A DNA stretch of 64,000 bases from Camelus dromedarius (GCF_036321535.1 NC_087437.1:71488001-71552000); one strand, 5' to 3'. Positions 11,671 to 25,874 are shown, counted from the first letter of the stretch. The notes: generated from the sequence alone by a model not told the origin. Translations and numbers: made by a program.

Positions 11671-14424
11671 CTGTGTGTCTAGAATAATGTCCAATCTACC
11701 ACGCTTGTGTTCCAGGCTCTTCTAAATTAGGCCTTCACTCACGTGTCCAACTTACCCCCCACCTGCTTCCCAACATGAACCTCCCTGTGGTCCCACACAT
11801 AGGCAGTTCAGGTTCCTGCTTTTGCTAATGACATTTGTCTTCCTAGGCATGTGGATGCCCCTCCCTGTACTTCCTCTCCCCATCAGTAGTATTTCCAATT
11901 CTGCTCTAATTAAGGTTTTCCTGGACAGCTCTCTCTCTTAGTGATTGGCTTCCTTTGAACTTTCATTCTATATACTGTTTAACAGACTCCCTTTATGCTT
12001 ACAACATGTGGTAGTTTAACTCCTTTGGGATATGTGTTTCATTCTCAAACTTAATGGCCAAGAGTATTTTATTTTTTGCTCTTCTGCAGCAATTTGCTTT
12101 CGATTGGATTGGTTTGCTTTGAAACCCTCCAATTCTGCCTGCAACTGTAGTTTCAGGTTAGAGTCCATCCCAGATGTTTCTGTCTGGGTAGCTTCCTCAT
12201 ACCTTAATTCACATTGAATTCTTGTATGGATGTCAGTTTCTTCCATATCTTTTCCTGATTTCTCCAGTAGGTTAATTGTTTTCTCTTCAGTGGCCCATAA
12301 CAGCTTGTACTTATTTCTCTGTTAACACACATTGCCTTTAAGTATGTGTTTATTCACCTTCTCCACCAGGCTGCTACCCAGATCATCCATGTTTGAGCAA
12401 CTCCAGGAGGTACCATTTAATTGTACTCTTAAACACCATTGCAACATGGTGGAGCTAGAACCCCACCAACATAGGAACTGTGTTTTCTTCATCTTTGTAT
12501 TTCTGGGACCTAATATAGCCGTTGTCATTAGTAGTCACTGCAAAAATGTTGAATGGGTAAATGTCTGTTTTGTTATAAATTATGCAAGAATGGCCATATA
12601 CATCTTTAGCATAGGTTGATTTGGCATTAATTGCTTTTGCTATTAAATTCTTTGTCCTATACCCCTATTATGGACTTGTTAAGGATTAGTGGAATTTAAG
12701 TAATTATGATTGTGATAGACCCCTTAAACATGTAATCTTCCTGCCAGTATGCATGGAGATATATACCTTGAGTCTTTTACTCTGAGCTCTAGAAGTTGAC
12801 TCTAGTTATCCATAAAATATTTGTGGAACTCTAAGAGAAAAGCTGTTAACTGTCCAATTGGATAATTTTTCTTTTTCTCATTAAATTTTCCGTATTGGTA
12901 CAATTGCACTACTTCAGAAGGCCAGATCTTTTACTTAGATCAGTAGGGCATGATAAGTTGCTCCCATTAATGTGCTAATACTGTGTTTTTAATTCAGTTC
13001 ATCAAGAATTTATTGAATATTTACCATGTGCCCATTACTCTTAGGTGCTAAAGAGAATATGAAAGTAGTAAATGGTGTGAACTAAGGTCTTAAAAGTTTT
13101 TAGACTTATTAGGAGAATTGGAGAACATCATATCAAACAATTAAAGGATTAAATACATTATTCATTAACTAATTTAAACATAAGTACTCAAAATTGATGA
13201 TGCAATGATTAATAACATTGGAAATTAAGGTAGATCAGATATTCTTTCAATAGACATTTATTACCCCCATACTCAGTACTAATTGTTGAGGATAGAAATT
13301 TGGAAGATGTAGCTTTTACCATTTAGAACCTTACAGGCTAGTGGGAGAAGCTAATAAGCATATAGAGTGTATTTCATGTTAAGACACGGTGGAGTATGTA
13401 TTATGTCAGGATGTTTGGGACTAACTTCCAAGGATCAGAGAAGGTTTCAAAGAGGATAAGTAGAAGTTCCCAGTAAGAAGGTTGATATGAGCATTCCAAA
13501 TGGAGTAACAGGTACAAAGGTATGGCCATGAGAGATGGCATGTCTTGATTAAGGAGCTGCAGGTGAATTGACATCAGTAGAGAGTGGTAAGCGTAGACTT
13601 TAGAGTCAGACACATGTGGTTTGCAAACTTTTATTCCTGAGAGGTCTGAGCCCTTGCAGGTCTTGTCTATGTAGTGTAGCAGTAGTAAATAACTGTAGTG
13701 CTATTTAGGAAAAAGAGGTGCCCCAGGGTTCTCCCAACTCCCATCTCTGGTCCTTGTAACTTCCCTTTTATCTGTTGCCTGGCTGCACGAAGAGCCCCAG
13801 ACATTGTTCCCTCCAAATTAATGAAGTCATTGTAGGATCCCTTGGCAAAAGCATTCTCCCCTTAGCTAATGTAGTTTCTTAAGCAGCAGAAGCCATAGTG
13901 AAGGGGACAGGGAGAAGAAATTTGTAATGTAACCATGAGAGGTACCACTTCTACCTCTACTCCACTTGCAGGACCCCTTTTGCTTTGGTTATGAGCAACA
14001 GAAATTGCCTTTGACTAATGTAAGCAGACGGCAGTTGATGGGTAGGTCCTGGGTAAACTCACAGAAGTGAAGAAACGTAGAATGAATGATAAAGCCTTGG
14101 GAAGACCACAGAAAGCAGCTTCTAGGGTCACATGATCTGTGGGGCTAATTTGGCCTCAGACAGTTTTCCTCCTTGTGCACAGTCTTAGGGTCAGCCCTGT
14201 GCCCACCTCAGAGGTGAGCCCATGTTTGATGGTCCTGTCAGACCCCAGGAGTGAGGCAGAGAAGCTCACCAAAGGAAAAGCGAGGTATTGCTGCCAGAAG
14301 CCCCCAAATAAGGTATTTCCTACAGAGTTCATGGGATCTGTCAGGGTGGAGATCTTTTGGTGAGCTTGATGTAAGCAGTTTTAGGAATAAAAACCAGGTA
14401 ACAGGGAGTTGAAGAGTGAAGGGG

Positions 14425-14459
14425 TGGGGGAGGGTATAGCTCAGTGGTAGAGCATGTGC
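14425..14459 (+). mobile_element. 5'-only remnant of a tRNA-derived SINE
   Basis: 'ggggagggtatagctcagtggtagagcatgtgc' matches the A-box head of the other SINE copies in the window; flanked by aagagtgaa direct repeats. Confidence 0.7.
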
Positions 14460-16589
14460 AAGAGTGAATGGAAGTGAGAAAGAAAGGGCAGTGGGTATAA
14501 ATTACCTGTTCAAGGAGCCTGACGGTAGGGAGGGAGAAAAGAATGGGAACACCTAAGGAGCTGTGGCAAGGTCAGAAAAAGAAAGAAAAAAATTCTGGGT
14601 CTTTTAAATGGAAAAAAGGAATAATATATTTTAATGTAAAAGCACTAATAGGGAAGGAGAGGTTAATAATATGTGAGAGAAACAATATGTTTTTTGTAAC
14701 AAGATGGCTAAGAAGTTGGAGTGATAAGATTCCAGAACGAAGGTAGAAGGTGTTAGCTGGAAATATTAGGGAAGGTTTCCTAGAGGAGGACAGACTTGCA
14801 CTTGGCTTTGAAGAGTTTAATAGGATTTAGATAAGCAGAGCAAAGTGGAAAGATTATTTCAGGGGGAAAATACACAGACTTAGCAAGAAATACACTAGCT
14901 GATAAGAAGCACAGGGAAGAGTCTTTCTGAATCAGAGAGAGAGGAAGGAAGAGTAGATGACATGATTTGCTATTTAGCCCTGCTCCTATGCGTGCTGTCC
15001 TAGGGGGAAGTGGATGAGTGAGGCCGGTCAGTGACAAAGGTAGAGTCAGGCAGAGTCATGAGAGCTAGGATCCAGGAGTCTGGATTTGATACAGTAGATC
15101 TTGGGAAATGGTACTGTCGATTCTGGAGCAGGAGAAGCACTTGATGGGATACCGTGCAACAGAAGGGTTACTGAGATACTAGAGTGCAGAACCATTGAAG
15201 GATAGGGAAAAGACTGGAGCAAAAGACTGTTAAGAGCCAGACTTGTGTAAAATGGGGACTCATCTAAGGGGGTAGTAACAAACATGAGGAGATGAACATT
15301 GTGGGGAAAAAAATTGATAGGATTCGGTGAGAAGAGCTGAAGATTATTTTGGGGTTTAGAGCCAGATTAAAGTTTTGGTGTCAATGATAAATTGGAGAAA
15401 TTGGAAGCAGGTCTCTTAAGACTCAAGGCCATTTAACATGTTGCAGACAGACTTGTTCATTGGTTTGGAAATGAATGATTCTGAAAAGAGCTTTGCCTAA
15501 CCAGGGATTTGGAACAAGAGCAGTGTTGAAAGATAGCTTTATTGTAAAAACATAAACAGCCCTTACACAGAAACAACTTGAAACTTTGTAAGGAGAAAGC
15601 AAATAGAAAAAAGCATTCAGCCTTGGAAGTCAAAGTGAGAGAAAGACAAGGATTCCTGTTAGAGAAAGATGATGCACAATTGGAGGAGAGGAAGACAGCC
15701 TGGGAGAGAGAATTTCAAGAAAAGGGAGAGATTAGCAGCCTCACATCCTGCAGAGAGGAGAAGGAAGACAGAAAAAAGACTTCTGGTCTGGTGAAAACTA
15801 GTCCCCAATCTCTAAGAAAGCATTTTCAGCTGACAGGAGCGATCGAAAGGCATACTGCCATGGGTTTAGGAGGGATTGGCCAGTGAAGGAAAGGTGAGAA
15901 GTTTCACAGGAACAGGAGGAGAGAAACAGAATGATAGACAGAAAAGGCAGTAAATTCTTGTTCAATATGAGGAAACTCTTTGTGTTTTGGAAGCAAGAGA
16001 GGAATAGTTAAGGAGGAAATAAAGTGCTAAAGAGGAAAGGATCAAGAATAGAATCCCTGTCTACAGATGATGGAGTTAGCTTTAGGATGTTCTGCTAAGC
16101 TGAAAGGATAGATGTATAGACAGAGGTCTGTTATGGTACATGTAGGATCCAGTTAAGGAACTCGAACCAGATGACCTTCATCTTCCCAGTGAATTGGGGG
16201 AGGAGGAGGGGTGAAATGGAAGAAAGGCAGCAAGCATGTATTGAGCTCTTGCTATGTACCAGAAACTTTGACCCATTAAATGTATTATCATGTAAACTCG
16301 TAACAGTTCTTTGAGGGGTTCGTGATCATCTCCCAATTTTAAATGTGAGGATGCTAAGACTTCAAGGAATACTTATTTTAAAACCAAATAGCTAGTAAAT
16401 GTCAACTTTGAGATTTGATCCTTGGTCTGATATCTAAGGCTAGTCCCATACCACTCTACCATTCATTCATTCATGTGAAGTAAAGAATATGGGGGGCCTT
16501 GAGAGGGTCTGTATTACTGATAACAGTAAAATTTCTTTACTTTGCCCCTGTTAGACTCATTCCTTCATCAACATACTCATTGATTACTC

Positions 16590-17030
16590 ATGATATTAGT
16601 CATGGTTTTCCAGAGAAACAGAACCAATAGAATATATATATATATAACAAGATGAGTCTGGAGCATCTTGCAGTGCCAAAAAGTAAGGAAGTACTAAAAA
16701 GCAGGGGTGGGGGAAGGTGAGGGGCATGTGAAAAGGACACCAGAGTACCCAATGGCCAAAGCTTGAATAATTTGAATAATAAATACAGCATTAAAAAGAA
16801 TAAAATAAATATTGTGAGTCCATAATGATATAAGTGACTAAATAAATAAATGGAGGAGAGGAGACAAATCTTCTTTGCAGAAGAATTCTAGAAAATGTGT
16901 ATTTAGATATTCCTTTCTCCAAGAGTTGGAGATTAATGCCCCTCTCCTTGAGCGTGGGCTAGACTTAATACTCGCTTCCAAGGACTAGAGTGTGGAAAGG
17001 GAAGAACAGGAACATAGCTGTGACCACTTG
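16590..17030 (+). mobile_element. MLT2-like LTR stub fused to an old L1 3' UTR fragment
   Basis: 'tattagtcatggttttccagagaaacagaaccaatag' (MLT2-like start) followed by 'gagtctggagcatcttgcagtgccaaaaagtaaggaag' (old L1 3'-UTR-like). Confidence 0.5.
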
Positions 17031-17411
17031 AGTAGTGTTAGGAAGTTTGAGGAGGACAGTTGATAGGGGAAGACTACTTCTTTTACAACTTAAATCCTTC
17101 AGAATAATGTAAGTAATATAAGGATGTTTAATTTGTATAATGAAAAAAATCTAGTTCAGTAACAAAAAGAATTTAAAAATGGGAGAGTAAGGACACATCC
17201 TTGTTAGTTTGAAAAGCTGGGAAAGATATCATCTAAAGATCTGAAACATTGAGGGCTTTATGAAAAATGAAAAGCATTAAGGATCAGGTTGATGGAAAAC
17301 CTTACAATATGGAGAAATCTGCAACCCAGTACAGGGGAAACACTAAAAAGGTGAGTTTTCTCAACACAATTCCAGAAGACCCTAAAGCTCAGAGACTGAA
17401 AGTTGAGTTGG

Positions 17412-17770
17412 TTATCTCAGCTATCCATTTTGGTTGCTATAACAAAGTACCATAGACTGGGTGGCACAGCGGAAACTTATTTCTCACAGTTCTGGAGGCC
17501 AGAAGTCCCGATCAGGGTGCCAGCACTGCTGGGTTCTGGTGAAGGCTTCTTCCGAGTGGCAGACTGCCTGTTTTCTTGCTGCATCCTCATGTGGTGCAAG
17601 GGGCAAGCAAGCGCTCCGGGCCTTCTTTTATAAGGGCACCAATCCCATTCATGCGAGTTCTGCCCTCATGACTTAATCATCTCCCAAAGGTCCCACTTCC
17701 TTAGACCATCACCTTAGGGATTAGGATTTCAACATATGAATTTTGAAGGGGATGCATTCAGATGGTAACA
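17412..17770. mobile_element. MLT1 (ERVL-MaLR) solo LTR
   Basis: 'gctataacaaagtaccatagactgggtggc...atttctcacagttctggaggccagaagtcc...ttaggatttcaacatatgaattttg'. Confidence 0.85.
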
Positions 17771-20229
17771 GTGATCGAAACAGCTGGACTTCAGAACAGC
17801 TGTACTAGGACTAATTAAAATAGCTAATTGCAATGTTTTCTTAACGGGCTAAGCTACTAGATAAGAGTGATATTCACATATGTTAAAGCAGTGGTTCTTA
17901 GTGGTGTATGCACATTAAAATCACGGAGCTTTTTTTAGAAAGGTGATTTCTACAGCATATCCAGACTTGAGAATCACTGTGCTGGGAAAACCAACTTTCG
18001 CTACCAGTTTGGCTAACCGAGACCCGCTAAATATTTCAGGAAAATCAGCAGGATGAAAGAGGGACACCAAGCTGAACACATAGAGAAATTGATCTTTGAG
18101 GAAACAAATTCAATGTAATACATAAAAGATAATATTTGATCTTCAAAAATATCCTCAAAGATTTTAGAGAATATAATTTCCATAAAATAGCAATGGAGTG
18201 CTATTAAAAAGAAACAAGAATAAGAAGGTTTTTAGAAATTGAAAACATATTTTCTGAAATGAAAACTTCAATAGCAGGCAGCATGGTTGTCATAGATGAC
18301 TAATTATGAGCTAGAAGATCAGGCCAAGGAGTTCTTCCAAAATGTGGTACAAAAGAACAAAGAAGAAAATTATGAGCTGTTGGACATGAAATATGTATCT
18401 AGGAGGAGAACTAACACCCCAGAGCTAAAATTCTGCACAATTTCAGTGAATCCCAGGCAGAGGGGGATGGTGGACAGTTGGTGGTAAGAATTAGAGTATG
18501 TTCAGCTTCTGTAGTTGTAGAGGAGGAGACCATAGATACTGTTTTTAATTGAAAAAAAATATTCAAATTTAATATTACTATATTTTAAGTTACTGGAATG
18601 TGATTCCTATTCTCTTAGCATTGTCCTGTCAGCTTTGCTTTTCTTTATGTGTCAGTTTTATCCTCAGACTGACTTCCCTCTTTTGCAAGATGCCTGCAAG
18701 TTAAGTATTTGGAGTTACATGCTCTCTCTTTAAATTGGGAACCCACATTGTCAAAGAAAAGTCCTGAGCTTTGCTTTAACTGGACCAGTCTGAGACCAAT
18801 CACTGTGGTCAGAAAAAAATCATTTGCCAAGACCTACTAGGGCCCATTTACTGAAGCACAGGGGCTGTGCTGGGGAGGGGAACTTCATGAGGTGGACAGG
18901 AGAAAATATCGAACAAATGTCCACTTCACTGTGTTTCTTAAAATTGTTAAGGTTATTTATGAATAGAGTAGATATAAGAGGAAAAAGACTCTGAGGAAAA
19001 TAGAGAGAAACAAAAAATCAGCCAAGGAAAAGTAAAAACAGTGGAGGAGGGAAGAGAGAAAGAGCAAAGTATGACCAAATATAGCAATAGTTAAAATAAA
19101 TGTGACTGTAATACATTCTCATTTTTAAAAACAAAGCTTTTAAATTGTGTAAAAACAAATCTCCAGATATGTGTTATTTTAGACAAATATAAACAAAATA
19201 ATGCAGAAAGGTTAAAAATAAAATACACACATACACACTCCAGGCAAATGTTGAATGGAAGAAAATGCATAGTAATTTGTTTTCAAAGTTTAATTCCAGA
19301 CAACAAACTTTTAAAAATAGTTGATAAAACTTTATACCTAAGGAGCTAAAAATACACTCTTCTTAAATACTCATATAACACTTAACAAAAATATATCATG
19401 TAAGAGGGCTACAAAGAAAATCTCAAATTCTGAAAATTGAAAATTATTTATTGCCAGTCATGTTGCAGGGAAACAGTTCACACACATACATGCACACAAT
19501 TAACAAAAAAAGGGAACCAAAAAAGAAGAAATAAAACTGCTATGATACTAGGAAAACTTTTTACTTTAACTCAGTTTGAAGAGGATATAAAAGTTGAAAT
19601 TATAAGAAAGAAAAAGTCAAGATAATAAAGACAACAGAAAAAGAAATGTAAATGATTCATAACATGTGAAAGGGTATTCAGCCTCACCAGTCATCATGGA
19701 GGTGAAAGTTAAGCAATAATAAGATATTTTTTGTTGCTTTCAACTGGAAAAAAAAAGAGATGTTGATTGCAGCCCTTTTTTGTCAGCATTGTTTTTAATA
19801 GCAAAACAAACAAAAAGTCTCAGAAATAAAAAAAGGAAGAGGGGTAAAAGGGGTATTCATCAATGGGAAACAAATAAATTATGGCTCATCCATGCTGCAT
19901 AATGCTATGCAGGTATTAAAAAGAATAAGTTAAATTGATATGTACTTACCTGAAAAGATGTCCATAATGTATTTCTAAGTAAAAACTAAGCATATTTCAG
20001 AGTGACATAGAGCATGGCTCCATTTTTATAAATTTATGTGCAAGTAATTATATGTACATGTAAATAACTTTGTAGAAAGAAAGAAATTTGGTGTCAAATT
20101 GACTAGCAACTGGAAAGGGTGGAACTGAATAGGTGGTAATGGAGACTTTAATTTTCCTCCTCCAAAAAAGGGACAGGGTTAGGGGTAATGTTTACTATTT
20201 GTTTTTCAGTATAGCATTTAAAAATGATT

Positions 20230-20345
20230 TACTTAGCATGCATGAGGTTCTAGGTTCAATTCCCAGTACCTCTGTTAAAAGTTAAATAAATAAATAAACC
20301 TAATTACCCCCCAATTATAATAAAGTTTAAAAAAATTGAAAAATA
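20230..20345 (+). mobile_element. 5'-truncated tRNA-derived SINE
   Basis: B-box 'ggttcaattcccagtacctc', tail 'aaataaataaacctaattacccccc'; TSD taaaaatgatt (20219-20229 / 20346-20356). Confidence 0.85.
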
Positions 20346-20657
20346 TAAAAATGATTGTAAAATGTAACTAAAACTGTATACTATTTAGAAATTAATAACT
20401 ATTGAAAAAATTACATATCAAAATCTATGGGCTGTGGACCAACTTGTACCTTGAGGAAATACAGTCTTAAATGCATTTATTAGAAAGACAAAGATTAATT
20501 CATAATGTGTACATGTGGCAAAATTAAAATTGCATATGAGGATATACAGTAGGTCTCCCTTGTACCCTGTTCCCCAGTTCCCCTCCTGAAGGGCAATCCT
20601 TCCAGAGAAATTCTGTGCATTTATTAACATGTTCTCCCCATCCCAAAGGATAAGTAT

Positions 20658-20890
20658 TATATTACAAGTTTACTTGTAACATATATACACATACACACAT
20701 ATGTATATGAATATGTATGTGTATATGAATATACATATGTGTGTATGTGTATATATATGTTACAGGTATATATTACATATATTCATGTGTGTGTATGTAT
20801 GTATGTTATAAGTAAACTTGTAATATATTGCCTAAATAGTACTGTACATATGTGTGTGTGTGTGTGTAAATATATATATATATATGTTTA
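20658..20890. repeat. (TA/CA/TG)n low-complexity tract with nested inverted repeats
   Basis: Alternating purine-pyrimidine runs seen directly. Confidence 0.9.
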
Positions 20891-20892
20891 TA

Positions 20893-21274
20893 TGTGTTTA
20901 CTAGGGCTGCTGTAACAAAATACACAGACTGGATGGCTTAAACAGAAAAATTAATTTTCTTACAGTTCTGGAGGCTCAGTCTAAGATCAAGGTGTCAGCA
21001 GGTTTAGTTTCTTCTGAAGCTTCTTCTTGGCTTTTAGATGGTTGCTTTCCCTCTGTGTCTTCATGTGGTTGTCCCTATGTCTGTTTGGTCTATGTTCTAA
21101 TCTCCTTTTCTTATAAGGGCACCAGTCATATTGGATTTGAGCCTACCCTAATGACCCCATGTTAACTTAATTACATCTTTAAAGATCCCATTCTCAAATA
21201 CAGTCACATTCTGAAGTATTGGGGGTTAGGACTTCAACATGTGTATTTGGGGAAGACACAAAACGGCCTATAAC
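20893..21274. mobile_element. MLT1 (ERVL-MaLR) solo LTR
   Basis: 'ctagggctgctgtaacaaaatacacagactggatggcttaaacag...cagtcacattctgaagtattgggggttaggacttcaaca'. Confidence 0.85.
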
Positions 21275-21352
21275 GAATGAATGAATTAATAAATAAATAA
21301 ATTTATATATTTGACTATCAGTGCATATAACTGCTTTGTATGGATAAAGCTA

Positions 21353-21431
21353 TTAGATTGAACCATGTGAAATTACAGTTTCTAGAGGCAGAAAATAACA
21401 AATCTGAGCAATTTCAGGTGGTTCAACATAA
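21353..21431. mobile_element. MADE2-type mariner MITE (79 bp)
   Basis: TIRs ttagattgaaccatgtgaaatt ... aatttcaggtggttcaacataa with TA on both sides (21351-21352, 21432-21433). Confidence 0.8.
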
Positions 21432-22359
21432 TACTATGACATATTTAATCAGTCTCCCTTTGATGAGCCTTTCCTTGTCTTTTGCTGCTTGTGTATCCCT
21501 GAATAAATGTCTTTTGGCACATGCATGGATATACTTTGGTAAATTTCTAGGAGTTGTTGCATTGGAGAGGTATGTGTTTCTGTGGACCAGATGTGACTCC
21601 ACATTCCTTCAGGAGGGGGCTGGTCTGGGCACTGTGCCACAGGCCTTTCTGACAGGGGCAAGGGCTCCTCAGCAGAAAGAACTTGGAGCTGTAAGAACAG
21701 AGGCAGAAGTTGGAGGGTGGGGAGAGAGTGCAAGAGATTGGGTGGTGGGAGGCATTACCCACATTAAAGGAACTGTATTGATGTATTCCCAATGGTTTGT
21801 TTTGTGACAAGAAATGACTAGAGGATTTTTAATATGTAATTGTGATCAGTAAAGTCATGGGATATGCCTTAAACTTTATCCAAGGAGCAAGATCACCCCA
21901 CAGGGGAGATTTGAACTGGGACTGGAAGGTGTTTTATACTATTTGCATTTTATGTGTCCTGCTCTTTCAGTATAACAGTTACTAGTATGTACATAAGTAA
22001 TTGCTTGGACATACATAGGAAAAATATCTACAGTTGATACCACCAGACTGTTAAAAGCAGAGGGGCATTAGTACTTCATGTACATCTATATTGTTTCAAA
22101 TTTTTACAAAGAGCAGGGATTGTTTTTACAACTGAGTTTTTATGAAAAAGCTTTAAAGCATGGAGTTCTCTTTGACTTAAATTATGATATAGCTTCTGAG
22201 CCAGAAGAATTTGTAGTTTGTATGGCCAAGAGCAAGGAAAAGGTCTAAAAAATGCCAACTGTTTACAGTGGTTATTCCTGAAGAGTGTGATTATAGAGCT
22301 CAGTAACTTTTCCATTTAACTTACGCATTTCTATACTCTTCAGAAATGAGTTTTGAAAT

Positions 22360-22556
22360 GATACTGTATTGAATATTTGAAAGTTGCTTAGACAGCAGAT
22401 ATCAAAAGTTCTTGTCACAAGAAAAAGATTGTAACTATGTGTCATGATGGATGTTAACTAGACTTATTGTGGTAAACATTTTGCTGTATATACAAATAGC
22501 AAATCGTTATGTTGTACACCTGAAACTGTTATATGCCAATTATATCTCAATAAAAT
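22360..22556 (+). mobile_element. L1 3'-end fragment
   Basis: 'tgtaactatgtgtcatgatggatgttaactagacttattgtggt...gttgtacacctgaaact...tatatctcaataaaa'; similar to the copy at 61375-61550. Confidence 0.8.
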
Positions 22557-24189
22557 AATTATTTTTTACAAACAGTTCATTTGTGTAGCTTAAAAATAAA
22601 AAATGTAAACTGTGTTCAGCAAATTACTATGCCTTTGGCTGATTTCTTTTTCTCGAGATGTAGTTTGACTCAACTTCACAATGGAAGCAGGTCTTTGTTA
22701 TTTCATGTTCTTTTATATGTCATGGCGTCTCAAGGTTGGCATATATGAAACCTCCATGACTGACTGCACCAAGCATGATGGTGCTGTGATTGACAGGAAG
22801 GAGCCAAAGGACACTGTTAAAGGATGTCATATTTCCTTAATGGCAAGGGAAATTAGAACCTCTGAGAGCAGTTACACAACACAGAAGACAACACAGCATA
22901 CTCAGACAGCTCCTCAATGTCCCACAGAGATGGAGAGCAGCTGCGGAAACCACACAGATAGAGGAGGGATTCTTTTGTGTGTGGAAAGCACCCCTGTGCT
23001 ATTCTTCACTATGATACAAGTATGCCAGATTTCAATATTTAATGAGTTAAACCAGGTAGACCAGGTGACAGAACATCCCAGTAGAGAGTTATTAACCTAA
23101 AATGCTGGAGAAGATAAATGCAAATAGTAGCTCATCTAGCAAAATTCAGAGAGCAAAGATGCCTCAAAGCACTAATAAGATGATACAGTACTGTATTTAA
23201 GATATTAAACATAAATTCTGTAATCACAGTTTTCAATATCTAATGACATGGAGAAATGCCCACCTTACATAAAAAGCAGAACATTGCTTATGGCCTAATA
23301 TTTGTAAAAAATTGGATATGTATAGAAAAATATCCATAAGGAAACTCATAAAAATGTTAGCAGGGATTCTTGTGAGTTCTTATTGAGTGACGTGATTGAA
23401 AATAGTTTAAATGTTTTTCTTTATGCCTTGTTTTGTTTTCTAGGTATATATTACTTTTATTACAAGGAAAAACTGTTAAAGCAAGGCAGTTAAAATAAAT
23501 AGAGATCATTTTTGTTAGAATATAAAATGGGCTAGTGGTTTAATGGCTGTGACCCAGACCAGGAATTTAAACTTAGTTGTGTTATAATTTCCATGGATCA
23601 TGTTCTAGTTCAGGAGGCTAAGTCATTTTGATTGGAGAGGACTAAGGATTTACTAGAGATCTCATATGAAGAAATAAAACACATTTTAAAATTGCATATC
23701 TATGTAGCCATTTTTTTAAACATATAAAATAATTGCAAAATACTTAGGAATGCATTAAACAGCAGCAAAACAATTAAATACAGAGATTTGTCCTCAACCC
23801 ATGGACAATGTTACAGTAATGTGCCATAAAATATTTTCACTTAGGATACTTGAACTCCAACTTAAAAATTTTATGATAAGAAATTAGGTTTTTCTCTTCA
23901 TTGTATCTAAAGACACAAATTAAATTAACCTTTACCACTAATTTGCTCCTGGTGGGAAGAAAACACAACTTGCCACTGAACAGTTAGACTGAGTTTAATC
24001 TTAAGTAAATGCCAGTATTTATTTCTGGTGGCTTCACATTTTCCCCATATTAGGGAAACTGGCAATGACTGGCAGCAAAGTAGAATTTTGAAATTGTATG
24101 CTGAAAGAAAGCTGATACATCAACTGATGAAAAAGATGAATGGGTAGAGAATTTCAAATTGTCCAAAGAAACTTCTATCAAATAGTTTC

Positions 24190-25060
24190 TTTTTTTCCTT
24201 AAGATCTTGATTGAGATATAATTCATATACCATGAAGTTTACCAGTTAAAGTGTAATTCAGTGGTTTTTAGTATATTTGTAGAGTTGTGCAACCATCACC
24301 ATAATCTCATCTTAGAACATTTCATCATTCCCAAAAGATGCCCCTCTTCCTCATTGGCAGTCATTCCCCATCCTCTTCAGCCCCTGGCAACCACCAATCT
24401 ACTTTCTTTCTCTATGGATTTGCCTGTTATGGACATTTCATATAAATGGAATATGTAAAGGTCACAGTGTGTGACCTTCTGGATCAGACTTATTGCACTT
24501 ACTGTAATATTTTCAAGGATCACCCATGCTGTGGCATGTATCAGTACTATATTTCTTTATTGCTGAGTGATATTCCATTGTGTGGCTATTCCATTTTATT
24601 TATTCATCATTTGATGGACATTTAGCTTCTTCCAACTCTTTAGCTATTATGGACATTGCTGCTACAAACATTCATGTAAATGGACACTTAGGTTGTTTCC
24701 ATATCTTGGCTACTGGGAATGATGCTGCAATAAATGAGAGTACAGATATTTTTTCAAGATTGTGATTTTATTTCCTTTGGATATATACCCAGAAGTGTGG
24801 TTGCTGGAACATATGGTAGTTCTATTTTTAATTTTTTGAGGAACCTCCATGCTGTTTTCCATAATGACTGTAACCAATTTATGTTTCCACCAACAGTGTA
24901 CAAGGATTCCCTTTTCTTCGCATCCTTGCCAACACTTATCTTTCGACTTTTTGATAGTGGCCATTCTAACAGGTGTGAAGTGAGATCTTGTTGTGGTTTT
25001 AATGATGTTGAGCATCTTTTCAGATACCTGTTGGTCATTTGTATGTCTTCTTTGGAAATA
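24190..25060 (-). mobile_element. L1 3' region (two joined fragments)
   Basis: Minus-strand ORFs resemble the L1 ORF2 C-terminus ('[25 protein letters not shown]', '[13 protein letters not shown]'). Confidence 0.85.
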
Positions 25061-25716
25061 TATATTCTTCTTTGAATATATATTTTTAAAAGAAACTTCA
25101 AGGGATTCAGTGGCAGGGACCTCGAAAGAGCCTTTTCAGATGCTGGTAATATTCTGTATCTTGACCTGAGTGGCGGTTACATGGGAGTATTCATATATAA
25201 AAATGCATGGAGCAATGAACTTAAGTTAGTGACTTATTGTATGTAAGTTGTATGTCAATAAAAAAGTAAGTATCCTATCTGGCATTGTCCTTTTTTTCAT
25301 TTTACTGTGGACCAGCGGGCTTCATTTTACTTCAGACCAATGCTAGTTTCTGTGGATTGCTATTTGAGACCCACTGATCTTAAGATATAATCTGAATACA
25401 ATGAATGTGTTAGGCACAGAAAATTCCTTTGTAGTCTGGGCCAAGTTCCTTTCCTGCCCTCCCCTCCTGTCTCTTTCCCTCCCTCCCGTGTTTTGTGTAG
25501 TCCTGGTGCAGTCCTCAGACTGCTCTTACTTCACTGCTCTTGCAACTGCTGTTCCTTCTACTTCCTATCATTTTCCCTGTCCATCTCCACCTGGCAAAAT
25601 CCTGTATACAGTCTCCAAGACCTAGTTTTCTTTGGGTCCCACAAGAAACATGCTTGATGCTCTGTTCTTACCTGTTTATTTATTAATAAATCTTTAAGGT
25701 AGCACTTATCAATTTT

Positions 25717-25874
25717 TTTTTAATAAAAAGGAATGAAGTTCTTCTTTTTTTTTTTTTTAAGGGGGAGGTAATTAGGTTTATTTATTTATATTTTTGGTGG
25801 AGATACTGGGGATTGAACCCAGGACCTCATGCATGGTAGGCATGCACTCTACCACTGGGCTATACCCTCTCCCC
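25717..25874 (-). mobile_element. Full-length tRNA-derived SINE (camelid Vic-1-like)
   Basis: Reverse strand reads ggggagagggtatagcccagtggtagagtgcatg...ctgggttcaatccccagt...poly-A; TSD agcacttatcaatttt (25701-25716) / agcagttaccaatttt (25875-25890). Confidence 0.88.
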
